This document shows, piece by piece, positions 40,693-49,723 of a stretch of 64,000 bases of DNA. The first letter of the stretch is position 1. Every line of letters begins with the position of its first letter. The position numbers were made by a program, and so were the translations under genes. A model generated the notes under the pieces. That model saw only the letters and a list, made by a program, of their open reading frames with translations. It did no database searches and was not told the origin of the DNA. The stretch lies in the NCBI GenBank assembly GCA_965214565.1, contig OZ243951.1, positions 2,579,166 through 2,643,165 on the forward strand, written 5' to 3'. Source of the DNA: Candidatus Aldehydirespiratoraceae bacterium (GTDB lineage: Bacteria > Actinomycetota > Acidimicrobiia > Acidimicrobiales > Aldehydirespiratoraceae).

Positions 40693-41961
40693 ATGACTGA
40701 ATTCTCAACAGATGCCGCAAGGGCCCTGGCTGGCCCGTCGTGGCTCGTTGATCGCCGCGTGAGCGCAGCAGAGGACTTCGCCGCGGCGGTACCGCCGGAC
40801 GTGGCCGACGAGGAGTGGCGCTACAGCGCAATCCGGGAGTTTGACCTTTCTGAGTTCGTTCCCTCATCGCAGACCGGCCCCGCTCCGACGCCTGATTTCG
40901 AGCTTGACTCGTCTGCTGTGGTCCGCAGCGTCAACGGGCGGATCGTCTCGGTCGAGTCGGCCGATGAACTCAGTGCCGCCGGTGTCTATGTGGGTCCGCT
41001 CGCAGGTTCTGAGCAGGGACCCGACCTGCTGGGGGCGGTGGGCAGCGAGGCGGCGGGCTACTTCACGATCCTCAATGACGCCTTCGTGGCAGACCCGGTG
41101 CTGATTCGAGTGCCACCGGGCGTTGTACTGCGCAAGCCGATCGTGGTGACGCATTATCTGACCGGTTCCGGGGCCGCCGCGTTCCCTCGGTTAGTTGTCG
41201 ACATCGGTGCCGATTCGCAGGCCGAAGTGCTTGATCACCACACATCCGACAGCGGCCCTCTGCTGGTCTGCCCGGTGACCGAGTTAGACGTGTCGCCTGC
41301 GGGCCGGCTCGGATACTTGAACGTGCAACAGCTCGGTTCAAACACCTGGCAGTTCTGCTCGCAGTTGGGGAGGGTTGGGCGCGACGCCAGGCTGACGGTC
41401 TCCACAGCGGCTTTCGGCGGCGGCTATGCCCGGACGCGGTCCGATGTGCGCCTGGTGGGCCGCGGTGCCGATTGCGACCTCTCGGCGCTGTACTTCGGTG
41501 ACGGTCGACAGGGACTCGATTTTCGAACCTATCAGGATCATGTCGCTGCGGACACGACCTCCAATCTGCTCTACAAGGGTGTGGTGAGTGAAGAGTCCCG
41601 CAGCATCTACACAGGTCTGATCCGGGTGCGTCCCGATGCTCGCGGAACCAACGCCTTCCAGACCAACCGCAACCTGAAACTCGGCGATGACGCTTGGGTT
41701 GAGTCGGTCCCGAACCTTGAGATCGAGAACAACGATGTGCGCTGCAGCCATGCATCCGCGGTGGGCCCTGTCGATGAGGAGCAGCGGTTCTACCTGGAGA
41801 GCCGCGGCGTTCCCGCCGGTGAGGCGGAGAGTCTGATCGTGGCCGGGTTCCTGGGCGAGGTGCTAGAGACGTTGCCCGTGCGTGCCGCGCATGAGACGCT
41901 CAGGTCTGCGATAGACGCCAAACTGAGCCGCCAGAGGCGATCCGAGGGGGCCGCGTCGTGA
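40693..41961 (+). CDS. sufD: Fe-S cluster assembly protein SufD
   Basis: LVVDIGADSQAEVLDHHTS...IYTGLIRVRPDARGTNAFQTNRNLKL...RCSHASAVGPVDEEQRFYLESRGV. Confidence 0.94.
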   Translation: MTEFSTDAARALAGPSWLVDRRVSAAEDFAAAVPPDVADEEWRYSAIREFDLSEFVPSSQTGPAPTPDFELDSSAVVRSVNGRIVSVESADELSAAGVYVGPLAGSEQGPDLLGAVGSEAAGYFTILNDAFVADPVLIRVPPGVVLRKPIVVTHYLTGSGAAAFPRLVVDIGADSQAEVLDHHTSDSGPLLVCPVTELDVSPAGRLGYLNVQQLGSNTWQFCSQLGRVGRDARLTVSTAAFGGGYARTRSDVRLVGRGADCDLSALYFGDGRQGLDFRTYQDHVAADTTSNLLYKGVVSEESRSIYTGLIRVRPDARGTNAFQTNRNLKLGDDAWVESVPNLEIENNDVRCSHASAVGPVDEEQRFYLESRGVPAGEAESLIVAGFLGEVLETLPVRAAHETLRSAIDAKLSRQRRSEGAAS

Positions 41962-42347
41962 GCGTTCACGTGTTGTTTCCCCTGGTCGAGCTTGAAGCGG
42001 GCACGGCGCGCAAGGTGGAATTGGAGGGGTATCAGATCTCGCTTGTGCGGATCGATGACGACGTGTATGCCATCGGCGACATCTGCAGTCACGAGGACGT
42101 CTCTTTGTCCGAGGGCTATGTCGACACCGAGGAGTGTCTGCTCGAGTGTTGGCGCCACGGGGCGATGTTCAACCTGAAGACTGGCGATGCCGAAACCCTG
42201 CCGGCGATCCGTCCTGTACCGGTGTATGACGTGTCGGTCGTCGACGGAATGATACAGCTGGTGATCGATGAGGGGTCCGAACCTGCGGTGAAGACACGAG
42301 GGCCCGCGACTTCGTACCAGGCGAATGGGGGGCGTGGCGATGAGTGA
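41958..42347 (+). CDS. Rieske 2Fe-2S ferredoxin-like protein
   Basis: DICSHEDVSLSEG...CLLECWRHGAMFNLKTG. Confidence 0.9.
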   Translation: MSVHVLFPLVELEAGTARKVELEGYQISLVRIDDDVYAIGDICSHEDVSLSEGYVDTEECLLECWRHGAMFNLKTGDAETLPAIRPVPVYDVSVVDGMIQLVIDEGSEPAVKTRGPATSYQANGGRGDE

Positions 42348-43155
42348 ACTCGTGATCGAGGGCCTGCGGGCCCGGGTAGGTGGACAGGAGATTCTCAAGG
42401 GCGTCGATCTGGCGATGGCTTCGGGAGAAGTCCACGCGGTGATGGGTCCCAACGGGTCGGGAAAGTCGACTTTGGCCCACGTACTGGCGGGCCGTCCCGG
42501 GTTCGAGGTGCTCGGCGGCTCGGCACGGCTCGACGGCGTCGAGCTGTTGGATCTGCCGGCTTGGGAGCGAGCCCAGGCGGGTCTGTTCCTGGCGATGCAG
42601 TATCCGACGGAGGTTCCCGGAGTAGCGCTCGCCGACCTGCTGCGAGCGTCGGTGAGCAGCAGCGACGATGCCGATGAGATCGAATCGTCGATGCGCGTCG
42701 AGGCCGAGCGCATTGGTTTCGACGAGAAGTTCCTAGCAAGGCCGCTCAACGTCGATCTCTCCGGTGGTGAGAAGAAGCGCAATGAGACGCTCCAACTCGG
42801 AGTGCTGCGTCCCCGTTTCGCGATCCTAGACGAACTTGACTCGGGCCTCGACTTCGACGCCTTGCGCTTGGTCGGTGCACGGGTTGAGGCAGCGACGGAG
42901 GAAGACTCCGTGGGGGTGCTTGCCATCACCCACTACAGCCGCTTGTTCGAGCAGCTCCGGCCCGACACCGTGCATGTCTTTGCCGGGGGACGGATTCAAC
43001 AGACCGGTGGCGCCGAGTTGGCTCAAGAGTTGGAGGACACCGGTTACGAACGTTGGAGTGATGCGTCGCCGGCCGTCGCATCGTCGGCAACACTGCGCGC
43101 GGAACCTTCCGCCGAAGGCCCCTTGGCGGATCCGTTCGCCGATCCGCTCGCTTGA
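42340..43155 (+). CDS. sufC: Fe-S assembly ATPase SufC (paralog 1)
   Basis: VMGPNGSGKSTLAHVLAGRPGFEVLGG; LSGGEKKRNETLQL; LDELDSGLDFDALRLVG. Confidence 0.92.
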   Translation: MSELVIEGLRARVGGQEILKGVDLAMASGEVHAVMGPNGSGKSTLAHVLAGRPGFEVLGGSARLDGVELLDLPAWERAQAGLFLAMQYPTEVPGVALADLLRASVSSSDDADEIESSMRVEAERIGFDEKFLARPLNVDLSGGEKKRNETLQLGVLRPRFAILDELDSGLDFDALRLVGARVEAATEEDSVGVLAITHYSRLFEQLRPDTVHVFAGGRIQQTGGAELAQELEDTGYERWSDASPAVASSATLRAEPSAEGPLADPFADPLA

Positions 43156-43182
43156 ATCGTGTAGCTGGGGCAGACTGCAGCC

Positions 43183-43470
43183 ATGGCTACAACTCTGCTG
43201 AGCGGCGATGAGATTACAGACCTGTTGGCGGAGTTTCCCGAGTGGCGACGTGAGGGCGATCGTCTGTGCCGTTCATACCAGTTCGACGATTTCGTTGAGG
43301 CATTCGGTTTCATGGCCGAAGTCGCGCTCGTCTCAGAAAAGCTGTTCCACCATCCGGAGTGGAGCAACGTCTACAACCGGGTGGACGTTGCCATCACCGA
43401 CCACGCCGCGGGTGGAATATCAGAAAACGACCGCGCCTGGATAAAGCGAGTCGAACGACTCGGCAGGTGA
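43183..43470 (+). CDS. 4a-hydroxytetrahydrobiopterin (pterin-4a-carbinolamine) dehydratase
   Basis: FDDFVEAFGFMAEVALVSEKLFHHPEWSNVYNRVDVAITDHAAGGISENDRAWIKRVE. Confidence 0.92.
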   Translation: MATTLLSGDEITDLLAEFPEWRREGDRLCRSYQFDDFVEAFGFMAEVALVSEKLFHHPEWSNVYNRVDVAITDHAAGGISENDRAWIKRVERLGR

Positions 43471-43498
43471 ATCCTGTCCAACCCGAACGAAGGGGACG

Positions 43499-43981
43499 CT
43501 ATTCGTCGAGCGCTTGGGCGAGGGTGTTCCAGCTCAATGTCGCGCACTTGATCCGTATCGGGAACTTGACCACACCGCGCAGCGCTTCCAGATCGCCGAG
43601 TTGCATGCCGTCCGAGGCGCCCTCGAGGTCTATCCCCAGCGCGGTTTCGCTGCCGTCGCCGCCGATATCGGTTTCGTGGATCGACATGAGTCCCTTGAAG
43701 GCCACGATCAGCTTCCGGGCGTCTTCAACCGTCTTGCCCTTGATCGCCACCGACATCATCGACGCCGATGACTGACTGATGGAACAACCCTGGCCCCCGA
43801 TCGCGACATCGTCGATCACGCCTGTGTCGTCGACTTGCAGGTAGACGATGATCTCGTCACCGCACAACGGGTTGAATCCCTCGGCACGGCGCGCCGGGGG
43901 AGTTTCGAGCTCTCCGCGATTGCGGGGTGTCCGGTAGTGGTCGAGGATGATCTCGCGATAGAGGTCTTCAAGGCCAATCAT
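43499..43981 (-). CDS. sufU: Fe-S assembly scaffold/sulfurtransferase SufU
   Basis: LYREIILDHYRTPRNRGEL; NPLCGDEI; GQGCSISQSSASMM. Confidence 0.95.
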   Translation of the reverse strand: MIGLEDLYREIILDHYRTPRNRGELETPPARRAEGFNPLCGDEIIVYLQVDDTGVIDDVAIGGQGCSISQSSASMMSVAIKGKTVEDARKLIVAFKGLMSIHETDIGGDGSETALGIDLEGASDGMQLGDLEALRGVVKFPIRIKCATLSWNTLAQALDE

Positions 43982-43992
43982 CTTGTGGTCTC

Positions 43993-45222
43993 CTAGAACG
44001 AGAAGATTTCGTCGACCGCGCTGAGGGCGTCGGCGAGCTTGTCGAGGTCAGACTTGTCGTTGTAGACGTACAGGGAGGCACGCGAGGTGGCACTGGCGCC
44101 GAGCACGTCCATGAGCGGCTTGGCGCAATGGTGTCCTGCGCGCACCGCGATCCCGGACTGGTCGAGTACCTGGGCCACATCGTGGGGGTGCACATCGCCG
44201 TAGGCGAAGGACATCACGCCGCCGCGCTCCGCCGGTTCGGCCGGACCGTGGACGGTGATCTTGTCACCGTGGCGCTCTGTGAGTGTTCGCAGCGCGTATG
44301 CGGTCAGTTCAACCTCGTGTTGGCGGACATTGTCCATGCCGAGATCGCTGAGATAGTCGACGGCTGCACCGAGGCCGACCGCTTCGGCGACCATCGGTGT
44401 TCCTGCCTCGAATTTCCAGGGCACGTCGTTGGTCGTGTAACCGTTCTTGGTGACGTTGAGTATCATCTCTCCTCCGCCGAGGAAGGGCGGCATGGCTTCG
44501 AGGTGTTCGGCGCGGGCCCAGAGCACGCCGATCCCCATCGGTGCGAGCATCTTGTGGCCGGTGAAAACCAGGAAATCCGCGCCGAGCGCCTGCACGTCGG
44601 TGGGTACGTGGGGAACGTACTGGCTGGCGTCGACGACCATCAGCGCTCCGGCGTCGTGAGCCCGTTCTGCCAGTGCGGAGATCGGGTTGAGTGTGCCGAG
44701 CACGTTGCTCATGGCCGTCACCGACAGCAGTTTGGCCCCGTCGAGGAGCCGGTCGAGGTCGCTGAGATCAAGGTGGCCGGACTCATCGACTGGGATCCAA
44801 CGAAGTTCTATGCCTTTTCGGGCTCGCAGCATGTGCCAGGGAACGATGTTGGCGTGGTGTTCCATCTCGCTGATCACCACTGCGTCGCCGGCCTTGAGAC
44901 TGTGCTCACCCAAACAGTGGGCCAGAAGGTTCATCGACTCGGTTGCGTTCTTGGTGAAGACGATCTCGGCGCTCGATTCTGCGTTGATGAAGGCCCCGAC
45001 TTTGGCTCGGGCTCCCTCGAGTGCGTCTGTTGCCCGTACCGCGAGCTCGTAGCTGCCGCGGTGGACGTTGGCGTTGGTCGTCTCGTAGTAGTCGGTCATT
45101 GCGTCGATGACCGCCTGGGGTTTCTGGGAGGTGTTGGCCGAGTCGAGGTAGACGAGCTGTTGGCCGTGGAACTGCTGGTCGAGTAGCGGGAAGTCGGATT
45201 TGACGTTTGAGCGGAGAGTCAT
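43993..45222 (-). CDS. sufS: cysteine desulfurase SufS
   Basis: FPLLDQQFHGQQLVYLDSANTSQKPQAVIDAM; FTGHKMLAPMGIGVLW; VRAGHHCAKPLM. Confidence 0.96.
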   Translation of the reverse strand: MTLRSNVKSDFPLLDQQFHGQQLVYLDSANTSQKPQAVIDAMTDYYETTNANVHRGSYELAVRATDALEGARAKVGAFINAESSAEIVFTKNATESMNLLAHCLGEHSLKAGDAVVISEMEHHANIVPWHMLRARKGIELRWIPVDESGHLDLSDLDRLLDGAKLLSVTAMSNVLGTLNPISALAERAHDAGALMVVDASQYVPHVPTDVQALGADFLVFTGHKMLAPMGIGVLWARAEHLEAMPPFLGGGEMILNVTKNGYTTNDVPWKFEAGTPMVAEAVGLGAAVDYLSDLGMDNVRQHEVELTAYALRTLTERHGDKITVHGPAEPAERGGVMSFAYGDVHPHDVAQVLDQSGIAVRAGHHCAKPLMDVLGASATSRASLYVYNDKSDLDKLADALSAVDEIFSF

Positions 45223-45225
45223 GTT

Positions 45226-45981
<756 letters not shown>

Positions 45982-46125
45982 GCGTTCCAGTTTACGAGCG
46001 CTGCAAGTTTCGCACTACGGCCATAGGAGAAATTGCCGGAACGGCGGTGACCCGGGTCCGACACCGCAAGGATTCCGGAGCGGGGCCGATTGGACTTGTG
46101 GTGGTGGAGTCGTAGAGTGCAGCGC

Positions 46126-47241
46126 ATGAACTTTGCATTCTCAGAAGAGCAGGACCAGTTGCGTGAGTTCGTCCGCAGCTTCTTGGAAGACAAGTCGCCT
46201 GAAACCTCAGTACGTGAACAGATGGACACCGAGGTCGGCTATGACGACGCAGTCTGGAGTCAGATGGCGGAGCAGATGGGCCTGCAGGCGCTGGCGATTC
46301 CCGAGGAGTACGGCGGCCAGGGATTCGGATTCGTGGAGCAGATCGTGGTGCTCGAGGAGATGGGTCGGGCGCTGCTCTGCGCCCCGTACTTCTCATCGTG
46401 TGTGCTGGCGGCCAACACGCTGCTGCACAGCGGCGACGAGGACGCCAAGAACGCCCACCTTCCAGGAATCGCCTCTGGAGAGACCCGGGCGACGCTCGCA
46501 TTCACCGAGGAGAACGGTCGCTGGGACGAAGACGGCATCACCATGGCGGCATCGAACGACGGTGGTTCGTGGACCCTCGACGGCACGAAGATGTATGTGC
46601 TCGACGGGCACACCGCCAATCTGATCCTGGTCGCGGCCCGCAGCGATGCGGGAGTGTCGCTGTTCAGCGTTGCCGCTGACGCCGACGGCCTCACCCGGAC
46701 CGCGCTGTCGACAATGGACCAGACGCGCAAGCAGGCCAAGCTGGAGTTCGCCGGTGTGGCCGCCGAACTGATCGGTAGCGACGGAGCCGGTTGGGATGTG
46801 TTGGAAACGGTGCTCGACTTGGCCGCGGTGGCCCTCGCGGCAGAACAGGTGGGCGGTGCGCAGATGTGTCTGGACATGTCGGTCGAGTACGCCAAGGTCA
46901 GAGTGCAGTTCGGTCGCCCGATCGGGTCCTTCCAGGCCATCAAGCACAAGTGTGCCGACATGCTCCTCGAAGTCGAGTCGGCCAAGTCAGCCGCCTACTA
47001 CGCGGGCTGGTGCGCGGCTGAGATGAACGATGAGCTGGGCCAGGTTGCTTCCTTGGCTAAGAGCTACTGTTCAGAGGCGTACTTTCATGCCGCCGCGGAG
47101 AACATCCAGATCCACGGTGGCATCGGCTTCACCTGGGAGCATCCCGCCCATCTCTATTTCAAGCGGGCGAAGAGCTCTGAGTTGCTGTTCGGAGACCCGA
47201 CCTACCATCGCGAACTGCTCGCCCAACGCATCGGCATCTGA
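46126..47241 (+). CDS. acyl-CoA dehydrogenase family protein
   Basis: MNFAFSEEQDQLREFVRSFLED; ALAIPEEYGGQGFGFVEQIVVLEEMG; IQIHGGIGFTWEHPAHLYFKRAKS. Confidence 0.93.
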   Translation: MNFAFSEEQDQLREFVRSFLEDKSPETSVREQMDTEVGYDDAVWSQMAEQMGLQALAIPEEYGGQGFGFVEQIVVLEEMGRALLCAPYFSSCVLAANTLLHSGDEDAKNAHLPGIASGETRATLAFTEENGRWDEDGITMAASNDGGSWTLDGTKMYVLDGHTANLILVAARSDAGVSLFSVAADADGLTRTALSTMDQTRKQAKLEFAGVAAELIGSDGAGWDVLETVLDLAAVALAAEQVGGAQMCLDMSVEYAKVRVQFGRPIGSFQAIKHKCADMLLEVESAKSAAYYAGWCAAEMNDELGQVASLAKSYCSEAYFHAAAENIQIHGGIGFTWEHPAHLYFKRAKSSELLFGDPTYHRELLAQRIGI

Positions 47242-47266
47242 GCGGATACTGGCGGGGTGACGCGGC

Positions 47267-47710
47267 TTGGTCTGGGTCTTCTTCGCAGTCGGTGCGGTAG
47301 CCGTCATCCTGATCGCTCTCGTGGCGGTCGGAAAAGCGGTTGCGGAACTGGAAACCGAACGAAGCCCTGCCGTCTATGACCTCAACGACGCGGTGGAATG
47401 GATCGCCCAACGGCTTCCCGACGAGGTGACAGCCCGGATCTCCTTCGACGACGTCAGGACCCTGCTTCGTTGGCATCTCGACTGGTTCCAGGAGGCAGGT
47501 GTGGCCTCGCGTCATGGTGAGGAACTGGCCACCGATCAGGTCCGAGTCGATGGAGCGGTCGCCCCCCATGATGCAGCGATCGACGCGATCGTGGCCCGTT
47601 CGCTGGCTGTCGGCGGCCCTGAAGCCGTCGACGTGGTCTGCGTGCTCGACCTCCAGATGAAGTATCTGACGGCGATCGGTGCCGTCGGCGACGAGGTCGA
47701 CGACTCGTGA
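47267..47710 (+). CDS. conserved hypothetical protein with N-terminal TM segment
   Basis: VWVFFAVGAVAVILIALVAVGKAVAELETER...; good codon usage, fills the intergenic space downstream of the acyl-CoA dehydrogenase. Confidence 0.7.
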   Translation: MVWVFFAVGAVAVILIALVAVGKAVAELETERSPAVYDLNDAVEWIAQRLPDEVTARISFDDVRTLLRWHLDWFQEAGVASRHGEELATDQVRVDGAVAPHDAAIDAIVARSLAVGGPEAVDVVCVLDLQMKYLTAIGAVGDEVDDS

Positions 47711-47739
47711 ACCGCAGAAATATCCCACACGACCGACTG

Positions 47740-48019
47740 CTTTTGTGCTTCACTATTGGCACCAAAGAAAGGAGGTGGTCCCGCAGTGTGTAGAAGATCT
47801 GTGACCTTGGAGGTGGCTGGCCGCTAGAACAGCTGCTGGACCACTGGCGCAAACCAAGCCAGCTCCACCCCTGGGGCTAGGTGGACCGGGAATATGTCAC
47901 GCCTGGTGCGGTGCCGCAAGGTGCCACCACTCCCTGGGATTCCAGCAAACATTGTTTTCGAGAAATACTCAAGAACCGTCCTGGGGCTGTCGTGGCCCTG
48001 GGACGGTTCTCTTTTTCTT
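47740..48019 (+). ncRNA. candidate structured small RNA or leader with tiny ORF and rho-independent terminator
   Basis: AGAAAGGAGGTGGTCC (47766-47781), tiny ORF GTG 47786..47827 (MCRRSVTLEVAGR), several GC-rich inverted repeats, terminator at 47972-48019. Confidence 0.5.
47972..48019 (+). terminator. rho-independent terminator
   Basis: AGAACCGTCC ... GGACGGTTCT 10-bp stem followed by CTTTTTCTT. Confidence 0.85.
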
Positions 48020-48083
48020 CCGTGGGAATCGCTGATCACCGTGAATCGCCGATTCCTGTCGTTGCTGCCGCTATGTTTCCTGC

Positions 48084-48275
48084 ATGGAACGACCGGCTCG
48101 ATTTCAAAACAGCCGCTTTCTGGGTGACAAGCGGGTTCAGGTGGTATACGACCTCGACGACGTGGCTGAGACCGCTGTCATCGAAGAACTCGCCAACAGC
48201 GAGCATGCGTTGGCGTTCGGACCCGACACCCTTGCCGAAGCCCGTAACCGCGGCTACCGCTTGCGGTCCGTCTGA
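48084..48275 (+). CDS. small conserved hypothetical protein
   Basis: MERPARFQNSRFLGDKRVQVVYDLDDVAETAVIEELANSEHALAFGPDTLAEARNRGYRLRSV; plausible composition and isolated downstream of the terminator. Confidence 0.65.
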   Translation: MERPARFQNSRFLGDKRVQVVYDLDDVAETAVIEELANSEHALAFGPDTLAEARNRGYRLRSV

Positions 48276-48294
48276 CTAGCGGGTTGCCGGACTA

Positions 48295-49065
48295 GTGGAC
48301 AGGAGCTTCACGGTTGATGGCATCGAGTTGGAAGCCCACCTCGCTCGACCCTCCCAGAATCACAGCACGGCCCAACCAGGGTTGGTGATCGCGCACGGTT
48401 TCCCGGCTGAGGCCGGTGGTGGAATCAACTCGACTTCAAGCTTTCCCGGTCTTGCTGATCGGGTCGCCACTGAATGCGGTTGGGCCGCGCTTGCGTACTC
48501 CAGCCGCGGGATTGCAAAGTCTGGCGGCGATTTCTCGCTGGAGGGCTGGTTGCGGGACCTCAAGGGAGCGATCGCGTTCCTGCGTGAATCAGTGCATTGC
48601 GACGGCGTCTGGCTTCTCGGATTCGGTACGGGCGGCGCTCTGGCGGTCGAGGCCGGCGCCGCGGACGAGACGATCCGAGGCGTCTGCGCCGTGTCGTTGC
48701 CAGCGGACTTCAGCGACTGGGCACGCAGCCCTCGCAAGCTGTTGGTGCTCGCACGCGAGATGGGAGCGATCCGCGACAGCGCCTTTCCAGACGACTTCGG
48801 ATACTGGTCGCAGCAACTGCGTTCCGTGGATGCCAGCGAAGCGGCGACGCGCCTGTCGCCGCGTGAGCTGTTACTGATTCATGGCAGCGAAGATGATGTC
48901 GTGCCGGTGCTCGACACCCGTGCCGTTGCCGACGCGCATGCTTCTGCAGACTTGCGGATCATCGACGGAGCCAGCCATTACCTGCGCCACGACCCCCGTG
49001 CCATCGCGGTGGTCCTCGGCTGGCTGGACCGCCAACGCAACCGACTGCGTTCCGAGTTCGGGTGA
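48295..49065 (+). CDS. alpha/beta hydrolase
   Basis: LVIAHGFPAEAGGG; WLLGFGTGGALAVEAGA; LLLIHGSEDDVVPV. Confidence 0.85.
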   Translation: MDRSFTVDGIELEAHLARPSQNHSTAQPGLVIAHGFPAEAGGGINSTSSFPGLADRVATECGWAALAYSSRGIAKSGGDFSLEGWLRDLKGAIAFLRESVHCDGVWLLGFGTGGALAVEAGAADETIRGVCAVSLPADFSDWARSPRKLLVLAREMGAIRDSAFPDDFGYWSQQLRSVDASEAATRLSPRELLLIHGSEDDVVPVLDTRAVADAHASADLRIIDGASHYLRHDPRAIAVVLGWLDRQRNRLRSEFG

Positions 49066-49096
49066 AGCGCAACCGCCGGCGCGGTTCAGGGCGAAT

Positions 49097-49723
49097 CTAC
49101 TGGCTGTTGATCCGGCGCTTCTCGCGAAGCCTCCCAAGCGCGGTCGGGTCACCGAGGTCGGCGACACTGCGGAGGTCTTCGGTTGCGAAGACTCCGGCAA
49201 CGGCCTCCCAACCGTCCGGTTTGCAGTCGAAACGCTTGGCCAGAATGGCTATGAGAATCTGGGATTTGACCGGGCCGTAGCCGGGTACCGCCAACAATCG
49301 GTCGTAGAGCACGTCCGCGTTGTCCGCATCTTCCCAGATCGAGGCGGCAGCTCCCTGATATTCCTCGACTAGGTGCTCGCACAGTTTGTGGATTCGGCGT
49401 GCCATCATGGCCGGAAAGCGATGGATTGCAGGTTTAGCAGCGGCGAACGCGACCAACTCCTCAGGGTCCATCGCGGCGATCTCGGCGGCGTCGAGTGCGC
49501 CGCCGAGCCTCTGGGCCAGTCGCAGGGGTGAGGCGAAAGCCCACTCGATGGGGATCTGCTGGTCGAGCAGCATGGCGATCATGAGCGCCAGCGGATCGGT
49601 GTTGATCAAATGGTCGGCGTCCGGGTCGCCGCTGACCACGAGCGTGCCGCGGCGGTGCGGGCCGGGCTCAGGCACCGGTGTCTGGATGGGCCGGGTCGGG
49701 ACGGTAGGGGTCGATCCCTGCAT
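49097..49723 (-). CDS. HhH-GPD-type base excision repair family protein
   Basis: DPLALMIAMLLDQQIPIEWAFASPLRLAQRLGG...LAVPGYGPVKSQILIAILAKRF; ATG 49723 assumed within ORF to 49879. Confidence 0.8.
   Translation of the reverse strand: MQGSTPTVPTRPIQTPVPEPGPHRRGTLVVSGDPDADHLINTDPLALMIAMLLDQQIPIEWAFASPLRLAQRLGGALDAAEIAAMDPEELVAFAAAKPAIHRFPAMMARRIHKLCEHLVEEYQGAAASIWEDADNADVLYDRLLAVPGYGPVKSQILIAILAKRFDCKPDGWEAVAGVFATEDLRSVADLGDPTALGRLREKRRINSQ

Noticed and set aside
44128-45186. 352-aa plus-strand ORF
   Set aside because: Antisense to sufS.
47881-48279. 132-aa plus-strand ORF
   Set aside because: Runs through the terminator and overlaps the better-supported 63-aa ORF in another frame; composition not protein-like.
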